Part shown: positions 10,984-20,622 of the stretch, in pieces | Position numbering within the stretch: position 1 is the first letter of the stretch | Layout of the letters: the number at the start of each line of letters is the position of its first letter | Assembly: GCF_024696245.1 (NCBI RefSeq) | Contig: NZ_JAILGZ010000084.1 | Location: 2,919 to 66,918 of the forward strand | DNA from: Treponema sp. | GTDB lineage: Bacteria; Spirochaetota; Spirochaetia; Treponematales; Treponemataceae | Direction of reading: 5' to 3' | DNA length: 64,000 nt | Notes under the pieces: generated by a model | What the model was told of the DNA's origin: nothing | What the model saw: the letters and a program-made list of their open reading frames with translations, nothing else | Database searches by the model: none | Position numbers and translations under genes: made by a program

Positions 10984-11014
10984 TATTGGTTTAATTATAT
11001 AAACGGATATATCA
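10984..11014 (+). promoter_or_regulatory. conserved 31-nt promoter/operator-like element, copy 2 (upstream of LolA-like gene)
   Basis: tattggtttaattatataaacggatatatca, 26/31 identical to 7765..7795. Located between the MMPL stop (10952) and the LolA-like ATG (11068). Confidence 0.5.
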
Positions 11015-11038
11015 GACAGAAGCTTTTCTTCTGTCTGA
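11012..11038 (+). other. perfect 11-bp stem-loop (5' UTR hairpin or weak terminator)
   Basis: tcagacagaag/ctttt/cttctgtctga. No U-tract follows. It starts inside the 3' end of motif copy 2, so it would sit at the 5' end of a transcript initiated there. Confidence 0.5.
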
Positions 11039-11067
11039 TTCAATACAACTTATAAGGAGATATAAAT

Positions 11068-11880
11068 ATGAAAATGACATTGAAACTTACAGCATTAACA
11101 CTTGCCCTTCTTTCTGCAACAACTGCTGCATTTGCCCAGGGATCAGGAAAAAGCAATGAAAAAGGCGATGAAATCATGCGCATCGTTCGTGATTTTAAGA
11201 AACCTGATTTTTCTACTTCTGACGTAATCATGACTCTTACTGACAAAAACGGTAAAAGTGAAAAACGTGCAGTAAGGGAATACGGCCGTGATAAAGACGG
11301 ACAGACATCTGTTGTAATGATGTTCCTTTCACCAGCCAGCGTTAAGAATACCCGCTTCCTTCAGATTGAAAAAGAAAATGCTGATGATGACAAGTTCATT
11401 TATCTTCCTTCACTTAAAAGCACCCGCCGTGTAAATGCAAGCGAAGGTTCAAAATCATTTATGGGAACAGACGCAACTTACGACGATCTTTCTACAAGAG
11501 AATTTGAAGAAGATTATCATGAATATATTACAACAGAAGACAAGAACGGTTATAAAAACTGTGATGTTGTAATCATGACTCCAAAGGATAAGGGCTCAAG
11601 CCAGTACAGCTACAGAAAAGCATGGATTTATCACGTAGATGAAGCTGCAAAAGTTTACTACCCTGTTTACACTGAACTTTACGATAAAAACAATAAGCTT
11701 GTAAAAAAGCTCACTGTTTCTAAGATTGAAAAAGTTGGTGACTTCTACATTCCAATGGATGACAAAATGGAAAACGTACAGACTGGTCACTCTACAACTC
11801 TTGAAATCAAAAAAGTTGATACAACAACAAAAGTACCGGACCGTTACTTTACACAGAACTTCCTTAACACAGGTAAATAA
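11068..11880 (+). CDS. LolA-like outer-membrane lipoprotein-sorting protein (family usually paired with MMPL exporters)
   Basis: Signal peptide MKMTLKLTALTLALLSATTAAFAQ with SD AGGAG 8 nt upstream. Motifs ...FLSPASVKNTRFL...DDKFIYLPSLKSTRRV...FMGTDATYDDL are typical of the LolA_like family as I recall it. Confidence 0.75.
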   Translation: MKMTLKLTALTLALLSATTAAFAQGSGKSNEKGDEIMRIVRDFKKPDFSTSDVIMTLTDKNGKSEKRAVREYGRDKDGQTSVVMMFLSPASVKNTRFLQIEKENADDDKFIYLPSLKSTRRVNASEGSKSFMGTDATYDDLSTREFEEDYHEYITTEDKNGYKNCDVVIMTPKDKGSSQYSYRKAWIYHVDEAAKVYYPVYTELYDKNNKLVKKLTVSKIEKVGDFYIPMDDKMENVQTGHSTTLEIKKVDTTTKVPDRYFTQNFLNTGK

Positions 11881-11919
11881 ATTAATAAGAACTGTTAATT
11901 GTCCTTAATCCATATGCTG

Positions 11920-11952
11920 CCCGGATTCTTCACTGAGTCCGGGTATTTTTTT
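11920..11952 (+). terminator. rho-independent terminator of the LolA-like gene
   Basis: Stem cccgga/tccggg followed by tattttttttg. Confidence 0.7.
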
Positions 11953-11983
11953 TGCCAATTTTTTATTTATATAAGGAGGGAAT

Positions 11984-12054
11984 AAAAAAACAGGGCCTGT
12001 AAAAAAGCAGCTGACTGTAAAAAATATAAGTCCCGCTTTTTAAAGCCCTGTTTT
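11984..12054 (-). terminator. extended hairpin terminator downstream of lon
   Basis: On the minus strand, the outer stem aacagggc/gccctgtt and inner stem aaaaagc/gcttttt are followed by a T-run. The loop is long, so confidence is moderate. Confidence 0.45.
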
Positions 12055-12093
12055 ATTAAGAAAACTTTACCTGAAATTAATCAGGGCATGTTC

Positions 12094-14511
12094 CTAAAAA
12101 ACAAAATCTATAACTTCTTCTACCCTGCTGACAGGAATAAACTTGATGCCATTTTTTACATGAGCAGGTATTTCATCAAGATCCCTTTCATTTGCCTTAG
12201 GTATAAGAATGGTTTTAATCTGGTTTCGCTTTGCTGCAACTGTTTTTTCCCTTAAACCACCAATAGGAAGAACCTGTCCTGTAAGGGAAAGCTCTCCTGT
12301 CATAGCAAGATTAGGCTTAATTTTCTTACCTTTAATAAGGGAAAGGAAAGTTGTAGCCATTGTTATGCCGGCACTTGGTCCATCCTTTGGAGTTGCCCCC
12401 TCCGGAATGTGGAGATGAATTGTATTCTGTTCAAACCAGGAAGCTTCTTTTATTCCCTTTGCAATTGCGTACTGCTTTGACCAGTTAAGGGCAATCTGGG
12501 CACTTTCCTTCATTACGTCACCCATCTGTCCTGTAAGCTGCAGGCCGCCTTTTTCTGATTTATAGGCAATACTTTCAAGAAGAAGGGTATCTCCTCCCAT
12601 ACTTGTCCAGGCAAGACCAATAGCTGTTCCAGGAATATCAGCACGCTTTATCTGGCTTTCATCAAAGATACTCTTACCAAGATACTTACGAACTTCTTCT
12701 TCTCCAATAACATAAGTCCTGGAAGAAAGTTCTTCCTGAAGAGACTTCTTTGAATTTTCATACTTCTGACTTTCTTCAAGAACAATCTTACGAAGGATTT
12801 TGTCTATACATTTTTCGTAATGACGAACTCCAGCTTCCCTTGCATATTCCCTGGCAATAAGTGAATAAGCTTCTTTTGTAAACTTAACCTGATTTTTCTT
12901 AAAGCCGTCCTTTACAAGATTCTTTGGCAGAAGATATTTTTTTGCAATTTCAATCTTTTCCTGATCGATATAACCTGAAAGTTCAATAATTTCTGCACGG
13001 TCAAGAAGAGGCTGTGGAATTGTATCAAGTGTATTTGCCGTAAGAATAAAGAAAACACTGCTGAGATCAAAGGGAAGTCCAAGATAAGCATCACGGAAAT
13101 TATTATTCTGTTCAGGATCAAGAACTTCAAGAAGTGCAGCTCCCGGATCTCCCTGACTGGAGGCATTCATCTTATCAACTTCATCAATCATGAATACAGG
13201 TGCCTTTGTCTTTGAAAGCTTAAGTCCTTCAATAATCTGTCCCGGCTGAGAACCAATATAAGTACGCATAAAGCCCTTAATTTTGGCCTGATCATGTTCA
13301 CCACCTACACTAAAACGGTAGAAAGGTTTGTTCATACAATTAGCAATTGAACGGCCTACACTTGTTTTACCAACACCTGGAGGTCCGCAAAGAATAAGAA
13401 CAGCACCTTTACCGTCATTCTTAAGTTTTCTTACGGCAAGGTATTCAAGAATTCTCTTTTTTACGTCATCAAGACCATAGTGATCCTTCTCGAGGATTTT
13501 GCGGGCATCTTCAATATTGTAATTCTCTATTGGAGCATCATTCCATGGAAGGGAACAAACAAGCTCAAGGTAAGACCTGGTACTGTTGTAATCAGGGTCG
13601 TGACTGTCCATCATCTGGAATTTTTCAAGTTCAGAATCAAGGCTTTCCTTTATTTCACCGGAAAAATTAAATGAATCAATCTTTGACTTAAACTTCTGAT
13701 ATTCACTGGCATGGGAATTACCTACCCCCAGCTCTTCCTGAATACTCTTCATTTCTTCCCGAAGGAAATATTCCCTCTGGTTCTTTTCTATTTTTTCATT
13801 AAGTTCGCTCTGGATTTTTTTCTGTACCCTGAGGATTTCCTGTTCTTTCTTTATAAAAACAAGAACCTTTTCCATACGTTTACGTACATCAACAGTTTCA
13901 AGAATTTTCTGCTGTTCAGTTTTTTCTATATTAAGTATTGAAGTTATAAAGTCTGCGATTTTGCCAGGATGATTAATATTATTAAGGTTCATCCTCATTT
14001 CTTCACTTACAAGGGCATTAGCTTCTCCGATTTCCCTCATTTCACTTATAAGGGCACGGGTAAGAGCCTTGACTTCAAAAGAGTTTTCCCCTGTATCAGG
14101 CAGATATTCAACGGCTGCTACCATAGGGCTGGTTGCAGAGAGAACTTTCTTAATCCTGAATCTTGTGATTGTAGAAACAAAAAGGTTTACTGCACCATCA
14201 GGAAGGTTTGTCTTCTTTATAATTCTTGCTGCAGTACCTACTTTATAAAGATCAGCTGCCGTAGGATTCTTTTTATCTTCCTTAAGGAGAACAAAACCAA
14301 CGTAACCGTCACCTTTATAGGCTTCTTCTATAGTCTTTATATCGTCATTGCCGTTCACCATAAAAGGTGTAAAAATTCCTGGAAAAATAGGAATGCCTCC
14401 TAAAGGAAGAAGGCATAACTTATCAGGAAGATTCATATCCTGAGGCATTAAAGTTGTAGATTCATTAATACTAATTTCTTCATTATCTGAAAAATTTTGT
14501 TTTTTGCTCAT
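12094..14511 (-). CDS. lon: ATP-dependent Lon protease
   Basis: LON N-domain, Walker A GPPGVGKTS, DEVDKM, and the protease motif PKDGPSAGITMAT. Confidence 0.97.
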   Translation of the reverse strand: MSKKQNFSDNEEISINESTTLMPQDMNLPDKLCLLPLGGIPIFPGIFTPFMVNGNDDIKTIEEAYKGDGYVGFVLLKEDKKNPTAADLYKVGTAARIIKKTNLPDGAVNLFVSTITRFRIKKVLSATSPMVAAVEYLPDTGENSFEVKALTRALISEMREIGEANALVSEEMRMNLNNINHPGKIADFITSILNIEKTEQQKILETVDVRKRMEKVLVFIKKEQEILRVQKKIQSELNEKIEKNQREYFLREEMKSIQEELGVGNSHASEYQKFKSKIDSFNFSGEIKESLDSELEKFQMMDSHDPDYNSTRSYLELVCSLPWNDAPIENYNIEDARKILEKDHYGLDDVKKRILEYLAVRKLKNDGKGAVLILCGPPGVGKTSVGRSIANCMNKPFYRFSVGGEHDQAKIKGFMRTYIGSQPGQIIEGLKLSKTKAPVFMIDEVDKMNASSQGDPGAALLEVLDPEQNNNFRDAYLGLPFDLSSVFFILTANTLDTIPQPLLDRAEIIELSGYIDQEKIEIAKKYLLPKNLVKDGFKKNQVKFTKEAYSLIAREYAREAGVRHYEKCIDKILRKIVLEESQKYENSKKSLQEELSSRTYVIGEEEVRKYLGKSIFDESQIKRADIPGTAIGLAWTSMGGDTLLLESIAYKSEKGGLQLTGQMGDVMKESAQIALNWSKQYAIAKGIKEASWFEQNTIHLHIPEGATPKDGPSAGITMATTFLSLIKGKKIKPNLAMTGELSLTGQVLPIGGLREKTVAAKRNQIKTILIPKANERDLDEIPAHVKNGIKFIPVSRVEEVIDFVF

Positions 14512-14565
14512 ACCTCAAATATACTGAAATTATGGCAAAAATACAAATTTTTCTAAAAAGTGTAT

Positions 14566-15357
14566 TTAGTCACTAAGACAGGTAATTTTCATTACTTTCA
14601 TGGAACCGGTAAATTCAAGTTTTTCATCAGGAAGTGCTGCAAAAGAATCTTCTTTAGCAAAAGAAAGGCCGTTTACGCTGCCCTGACCCTCTAAAACAAA
14701 GTAAAGAAGAACATCACCTGGAGTTTCCTTTGCTTTTCTTGCCTCCTGAGTATAGCTGTCATTTACGGTAAAGGTTTCAAGTGAAAAATATGGACATTCA
14801 AAATGACCGGAAAAAGCTTTAACAGGATTAAGGCCGTCATTTTTTATACAGGCAATTCCCTTTTCTACGTGACACTCCCTGCCCCTGTTAAAATCATAGA
14901 GTCTGTAAGTTATATCACTGGACTGCTGAATTTCTAAAAGACGCATGCCTTTTCCAATTGCATGAACTGTTCCGGAAGGTATAAATACAAAATCACCTTT
15001 CTTAACATCTACATAAGAAAGATACTTTTCAAGACTGCCGCCTTCTATTGCATTTTTTAATTCATCATCAGAATAGCTGCCATTAAGACCGTAAACAAGT
15101 TTTGCACCTGCTTCTGCATCAAGAACATACCAGCATTCTGTTTTTCCACGGCAGTTTTCGTAGAGGGCTGCCTTTTCATCATCAGGGTGAACCTGAATAC
15201 TTAAACTGTCATTTGCCTGGATAATCTTTCCTAAAAGAGGATAATCACCTCCTGCAAAAGATTTAAAATCCTCCTGGCATCCATTGGGATGTGTAGACGC
15301 AAACCATAATTCATAGCCCCAGATTTTTTCGGATTTAATAGCTTTAAGTTTAAGCAT
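14566..15357 (-). CDS. manA: class I mannose-6-phosphate isomerase (short cupin type)
   Basis: KIWGYELW, LSIQVHPDD, ECWYVL, GTVHAIG metal-ligand pattern. Confidence 0.75.
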   Translation of the reverse strand: MLKLKAIKSEKIWGYELWFASTHPNGCQEDFKSFAGGDYPLLGKIIQANDSLSIQVHPDDEKAALYENCRGKTECWYVLDAEAGAKLVYGLNGSYSDDELKNAIEGGSLEKYLSYVDVKKGDFVFIPSGTVHAIGKGMRLLEIQQSSDITYRLYDFNRGRECHVEKGIACIKNDGLNPVKAFSGHFECPYFSLETFTVNDSYTQEARKAKETPGDVLLYFVLEGQGSVNGLSFAKEDSFAALPDEKLEFTGSMKVMKITCLSD

Positions 15358-15399
15358 TCAAGTACTCCTGTTTTATTGTCTTATATTTATTTCTGATAT

Positions 15400-16308
15400 T
15401 TACTTCTGCCAGAGAAGAGACGGATAATATCCGCTTTTTATCTTAGCATCAATTTCTTCCCTTACAATCTGACGGTCTTCCGGATAAGTCATACCAAACC
15501 ATTTTTCCGGCGAAGTATAAAACTTAATTGTTCCATGACCATGTCTTACTATATCACTGGCAGCAACAGGTAAAAGAGCTTCTGTCTTTGCCTGGTCCAG
15601 GGAAGTTGCCTTAAAATTATCCCAGTAAACATTAAATTCTTCAAAAGCCTTAAGGGAAAAACCAAAGAGATTCATGCTTACCCATTCTTTTCCGGTAAAT
15701 GGAATTTCTTTACCATCAACTTCGCTGACAATTCCGTCACCCTTATAGGAAATCTTAGTATTTTCTACGATAGAGTCAAGATATCCGTCCTTTACGGTAC
15801 AGACACCACGGCTTACGGAACCACTTTTACTCATTGTATTGCCAAGAACGTAACCTACCATGGCATGTTCAGGAGAATCAGTTTTTATTGAGGAAAGATG
15901 GCCGGAAAGAATCTTAAAGGCTTCCCTTCCATAATAGTCATCACTGTTTATGACTGCAAAAGGGGTCTTTATTGCTTTCTGGGCACAAAGAACAGCATGT
16001 ACTGTTCCCCATGGCTTTGTTCTTTCTGCACAACGGCTGAGTTCTTCTCCTGTAAGAAGGGAATCCTTTGACTGAAAAACATATTCCGCATCAAAATTAC
16101 GGGCAAGACGGTCAAAAAGCCTTTCGCGGAAATCTTTTTCTATGTCTTTTCTGATTACAAAAACAACTTTTCCAAATCCACATTTCTGTGCATCGTATGC
16201 TGCATAATCAAGAAGACATTCATTGTTTTTTCCTACTGCATCAATCTGTTTTACTCCGCCGTAACGGCTTCCCATTCCGGCTGCAAGAACTAAAAGAGTT
16301 GGTTTCAT
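15400..16308 (-). CDS. sugar-phosphate nucleotidyltransferase family protein
   Basis: N-terminal LVLAAGMGSRYGG signature. I prefer the ATG at 16308 (MKPTLLVL, SD AGGAA), which removes the overlap with deoD. Confidence 0.7.
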   Translation of the reverse strand: MKPTLLVLAAGMGSRYGGVKQIDAVGKNNECLLDYAAYDAQKCGFGKVVFVIRKDIEKDFRERLFDRLARNFDAEYVFQSKDSLLTGEELSRCAERTKPWGTVHAVLCAQKAIKTPFAVINSDDYYGREAFKILSGHLSSIKTDSPEHAMVGYVLGNTMSKSGSVSRGVCTVKDGYLDSIVENTKISYKGDGIVSEVDGKEIPFTGKEWVSMNLFGFSLKAFEEFNVYWDNFKATSLDQAKTEALLPVAASDIVRHGHGTIKFYTSPEKWFGMTYPEDRQIVREEIDAKIKSGYYPSLLWQK

Positions 16309-16324
16309 GATTAATTCCTGTTTT

Positions 16325-17026
16325 TTATTTTGTAATTGCCTCAAGGGCTATTTCTATCATATTTGTAAATGTAGTCTGCCTTTCTTCTGCAGTTGTTTCG
16401 CCTCCAAGAAGAATGTGATCACTTACAGTAAGAACAGCAAGAGCCTTTCTGTTAAATTTTGCAGCCAGTGTATAAAGTTCAGCTGCTTCCATTTCTATAC
16501 CCATGGCTCCATATTCAGCCCAGAGCTTCCAGTTGGATTTAGGGTCATAGAACATATCACTGGAAACAATATTACCTACATTTGTCTTAAGTCCTTTTGC
16601 CATACTTGCATCATAGGCATTCTTAAGAAGTTCAAAATCTGCAATTGGGGCATAATGAAGGCCGTTAAACCTCATGGTATTAAGACCTGAATCTGAACAT
16701 GCACCCTGAGCAAGAATAACTTCACGAAGGGCAATATCCTTTCTTACGGCACCGCAGGTTCCTACACGGATTGCTTTCTGAACTCCATAAAACTGGAAAA
16801 GTTCATTTACATAAATAGAAAGGGATGGTTGTCCCATACCTGTTCCCTGAACAGATACTCTTTTTCCTTTATAAGTTCCGGTAAAACCATACATACCGCG
16901 GACTTCATTATAACATTTAGCATCTGTAAGAAAATTTTCTGCAATAAATTTTGCCCTTAAAGGGTCACCTGGAAGAAGAACTGAATCTGCAATTGCTCCT
17001 TCTGCTGCATTGATGTGTGTACTCAT
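16325..17026 (-). CDS. deoD: purine nucleoside phosphorylase, DeoD type
   Basis: [33 protein letters not shown]... and GMGQPS, typical DeoD length of 233 aa. Confidence 0.93.
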   Translation of the reverse strand: MSTHINAAEGAIADSVLLPGDPLRAKFIAENFLTDAKCYNEVRGMYGFTGTYKGKRVSVQGTGMGQPSLSIYVNELFQFYGVQKAIRVGTCGAVRKDIALREVILAQGACSDSGLNTMRFNGLHYAPIADFELLKNAYDASMAKGLKTNVGNIVSSDMFYDPKSNWKLWAEYGAMGIEMEAAELYTLAAKFNRKALAVLTVSDHILLGGETTAEERQTTFTNMIEIALEAITK

Positions 17027-17178
17027 TATGTAACTCCTTTTTAAAGTCAGTAAAATCCCTGTCTGAATAATTTCTGCAGGGTCTTTCAGTATATCATATA
17101 TTCAGTAAATAATCATAAAATTATTCATTTGAAAAGGTTTTCATTGCTATTATTTGTCAGCCATCTATTGAAAAAAAA

Positions 17179-18744
17179 TTAACGACCGGCTTTAACAGTA
17201 ATATTAAGAAGTTTTTTTGCTTCTGAAGCAGAAGGCAGAGATGAAAGTCTCCAGCTCCAGTTACCATTAGCTGCAGAAGGAACATTCATACGGCCTTCAC
17301 TTCCGGTTTTGAGGATATCCTGAAGGGGAATTATGCAATATTTTGCACAGGAAGATTCTGCACATTCAACAAGGGCCTGACAGATTTTTTCTTCCGGCGT
17401 ATCATCCTTTAAGCCAAGGTAATCACAAACATTCCATTTATACTGAAGTGGATTTTCCTTAAGGGCAGCTGTAGTAGTATTATTGTCGTGGGTACCTGTA
17501 TAAACTACACAATTTTCCGTATCAAAATTTTCCGGCAGATAAAGATTGCGGCTGCTTTCTTCTGTCCATGGATTTTCGTTAAAGGCAAACTGAAGGATTT
17601 TCATTCCAGGGAAAGCACACTGATCCCTTAAGTCTGCAACTTTTTTAGTAATAACACCTAAATCTTCTGCAATAATTTCTGCTTTAGGACATTTTGCCTT
17701 AATAACATCAAAGAGATCTTTTCCGGGCCCCTTTGTCCACTTGCCATTAACAGCAGTTTTTTCGCCTTCAGGAACCTTCCAGTAAGATTCAAAACCCCTG
17801 AAGTGATCAATACGTACAATATCAACAAGCTTCATCATGGAAGAAATACGGTTTACCCACCAGGAATACCCGTCTTCCTTTAAAGCCTTCCAGTCATATA
17901 AAGGATTCCCCCACAACTGACCGGTTGCAGAAAAATAATCAGGGGGAACTCCTGCCTGACTTTTCTGCTGAAGGCGTTTTCTGCAAATCTGGAAAAATTT
18001 CTGGTTTGCCCAGAGATCTGCACTGTCTCCTGCAACAAAAATAGGAATATCACCTATGATTTTTATACCTGCTGCATTTGCATAATCTTTAAGGGCCTGC
18101 CACTGAGAAAAGAAGAAAAACTGAACAACCTTAATCTGTTCAAGTTCATCTTTATGTAACTGAGTCCATTCATTAAGGGCTTTTTCCTGATGACGGGCAA
18201 GATCCTTAGGCCAGTAATTGTTCCATCTTGAAGCTTCTCCGTAAACTTTTTCTTCTGCAGCCCTGGAGTCATAATATTTTTTTATTGAAGTAAAAAGTGC
18301 AAAATCATCAAGCCAGAAAGCATTCTTTTTCTTAAAAGAAGTAAAAGCCTTTTTATCATCAGCATTCATTGATAAAAGAAAATAAGAGGCGCATTTATAA
18401 AGGAGAGGAAGCTTCCACCAGACAAGGGCTCCAAAATCTACCCTTTCGGAAGACTTTATGTTTTGAGGAACCTTTACATCCGCTTTTTTAGCCCATCCTC
18501 TTTTTACAAGGTCTGCAAAATCTATCATAAGGGGATTTCCTGCAAAAGTAGAAAAACTTGCATAAGGTGAATCCCCGTATCCTGTAGGTCCCAGAGGTAA
18601 AATCTGCCAGAGTTTTTGACCTGCATTTTTAAGCCAGTCACAAAATAAAAATGCCTGACTTCCTAAAGTACCAATACCTTCCTTAGATGGAAGACTTGTT
18701 ATATGAAGTAAGATTCCCGACTTGCGGATAATTTTTTTTGCCAT
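17179..18744 (-). CDS. malQ: 4-alpha-glucanotransferase (amylomaltase)
   Basis: GILLHITSLPS...GIGTLG, GDSPYASFS, IGDIPIFV, IDHFRG, TGTHDN. The ATG at 18744 (MAKKIIRKSG) is preferred over 18780. Confidence 0.93.
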   Translation of the reverse strand: MAKKIIRKSGILLHITSLPSKEGIGTLGSQAFLFCDWLKNAGQKLWQILPLGPTGYGDSPYASFSTFAGNPLMIDFADLVKRGWAKKADVKVPQNIKSSERVDFGALVWWKLPLLYKCASYFLLSMNADDKKAFTSFKKKNAFWLDDFALFTSIKKYYDSRAAEEKVYGEASRWNNYWPKDLARHQEKALNEWTQLHKDELEQIKVVQFFFFSQWQALKDYANAAGIKIIGDIPIFVAGDSADLWANQKFFQICRKRLQQKSQAGVPPDYFSATGQLWGNPLYDWKALKEDGYSWWVNRISSMMKLVDIVRIDHFRGFESYWKVPEGEKTAVNGKWTKGPGKDLFDVIKAKCPKAEIIAEDLGVITKKVADLRDQCAFPGMKILQFAFNENPWTEESSRNLYLPENFDTENCVVYTGTHDNNTTTAALKENPLQYKWNVCDYLGLKDDTPEEKICQALVECAESSCAKYCIIPLQDILKTGSEGRMNVPSAANGNWSWRLSSLPSASEAKKLLNITVKAGR

Positions 18745-18865
18745 ACTGTCAGTATAGTGCATAAAATGCAGGAATTCCACGAAAAAAAAATACTAAAAAA
18801 AAGCGGCTTTCCTCTGCCAGAAAAATTCAGCAAAAGAAAACCGCCTTTATCATTACATAAATTAA

Positions 18866-19168
18866 TTATATTTCAAAATCCATGCATACACGGGTTTTGG
18901 TATAAGGACGTACTGCTTCATTTGCAGCCTTAACATGATCAGGATGAACCTGATAGCCTTTAAGGGCTTCTTCACTTTCAAGACATGTATCAAGCATTAC
19001 ATCTGCATTGGAAGAAGTAAGGCCATTAATATTAACCTTTACTTCCAGAAGACCTGGTACTTTTCCTTTAAGGGCTTCAAGCTGCTCCTTAATGTTCTTT
19101 TTTACCCTGTCTTTTTCTGCAGAATCAAGCTCGTCCTTAAGCTGCCATAAAATTACGTGCTTTACCAT
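18866..19168 (-). CDS. Dabb (stress-responsive alpha/beta-barrel) family protein
   Basis: 100 aa. MVKHVILWQLKD...HPDHV pattern. Confidence 0.75.
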   Translation of the reverse strand: MVKHVILWQLKDELDSAEKDRVKKNIKEQLEALKGKVPGLLEVKVNINGLTSSNADVMLDTCLESEEALKGYQVHPDHVKAANEAVRPYTKTRVCMDFEI

Positions 19169-19172
19169 ATAA

Positions 19173-20510
19173 TTACTCTGTTGGTCTCTTCTTAAGTTTC
19201 TTTGACTTAATTACAGCCTGACCTGTACCTGTGCTCTGTTCCATCATAGCACGAACCTTAAGTGGAAGACCGAAGAGTGTAATAAAGCCTTCAGCATCCT
19301 TGTGGTTATAAAGTTCACCAGTTGTAAAGCTTGCAATTGATTCATTGTAAAGGCTGTATGGTGAAGAGCTTCCTGCTCCGCGGATTGAACCCTTGTAAAG
19401 TTTAAGCTGAACCCATCCGGTTACAGTTTCTTCTGTTTTGTCTACAAATGCCATGCAGCTGTCAAAGAGTGTTGTAAACCATTTTCCGTCATAGATAAGT
19501 TCTGCAACTTTAATGGAAAGCTGCTGCTTGTAGTGATATGTATCACGGTCAAGACAAATATGATCCATCATGCGGTGTGCTGCATAAAGAATAGCTCCAC
19601 CTGGTGTTTCGTAAACACCACGGCTCTTCATTCCTACACAACGGTTTTCACAGATGTCAACAAGACCAACACCATTTCTTCCGCCGATTTTGTTAAGTTC
19701 TGTCATGATCTGAAGACCATTCATTTTTTTACCGTTTACAGAAACAGGAATACCCTTAACGAATTCAATCTTAACGTATTCGCCGCCTTCTTTTGCTTCT
19801 TCAGGAACAACAGTGTTCTTAAGCATATGTTTATAGTTAGGTTCATTTTCTGTCTTTTCAAGTTCAAGACCTTCATGGCTAAGGTGCCAGATGTTTTCGT
19901 CACGGGAATATGACTGGTCTTTCTTCATTGGAACTTCAAGTCCCCTGTCTTCAAGATATTTGATTTCTGCTTCACGGCTGTCCATGTTCCATTTATCATC
20001 ACGCCATGCAGCGATTACTTTAAGATCTGGAGCAAATGCCTTAATAGCAAGTTCAAAACGAACCTGATCGTTTCCTTTACCTGTAGCACCGTGACAGATT
20101 GCAACTGCCTTTTCCTGACGGGCATATTCAACAAGAATCTTTCCAATAAGAGGACGGGCAGTAGAAGTACCAAGAAGGTATTCATCTTCATAAACTGCAT
20201 TAGCCTTAAGTGCAGGCCAGATGTATTCTTCAATGTATTCCTGACGGGCATCTACAACATAACATGCAGAAGCACCTGTCTTAAGGGCACGCTTCTTAAT
20301 TGCCTTCCAGTCATCACCCTGACCTACGTCAATGCAGACAGCGATTACATCATAATCGTAATTTTCCTTGAGCCACGGAATAATAACTGTAGTATCAAGT
20401 CCACCTGAATAAGCAAGAACAACCTTGTCTTTCTTTGATTTTTTAGCGGCCTTTTCAGCCTTTACTGCCTTAGCTGGTTTTTCTGCAGCTTCAGTTTTTT
20501 TAGTTGCCAT
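19173..20510 (-). CDS. argG: argininosuccinate synthase with Lys/Ala-rich N-terminal and basic C-terminal extensions
   Basis: Core [13 protein letters not shown]...[15 protein letters not shown]. The ATG at 20510 has SD GAGGA 5 nt upstream. There is no alternative start codon before the core. Confidence 0.95.
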   Translation of the reverse strand: MATKKTEAAEKPAKAVKAEKAAKKSKKDKVVLAYSGGLDTTVIIPWLKENYDYDVIAVCIDVGQGDDWKAIKKRALKTGASACYVVDARQEYIEEYIWPALKANAVYEDEYLLGTSTARPLIGKILVEYARQEKAVAICHGATGKGNDQVRFELAIKAFAPDLKVIAAWRDDKWNMDSREAEIKYLEDRGLEVPMKKDQSYSRDENIWHLSHEGLELEKTENEPNYKHMLKNTVVPEEAKEGGEYVKIEFVKGIPVSVNGKKMNGLQIMTELNKIGGRNGVGLVDICENRCVGMKSRGVYETPGGAILYAAHRMMDHICLDRDTYHYKQQLSIKVAELIYDGKWFTTLFDSCMAFVDKTEETVTGWVQLKLYKGSIRGAGSSSPYSLYNESIASFTTGELYNHKDAEGFITLFGLPLKVRAMMEQSTGTGQAVIKSKKLKKRPTE

Positions 20511-20622
20511 AGGAATCCTCGCAAAATGAAAATTTATACATTCAATATAGTAATTAACTTATAAATATGCAAGTAACATGCATAAAAATACTTTCAAATT
20601 CGGGGAAAAGTTTAAAAATATG

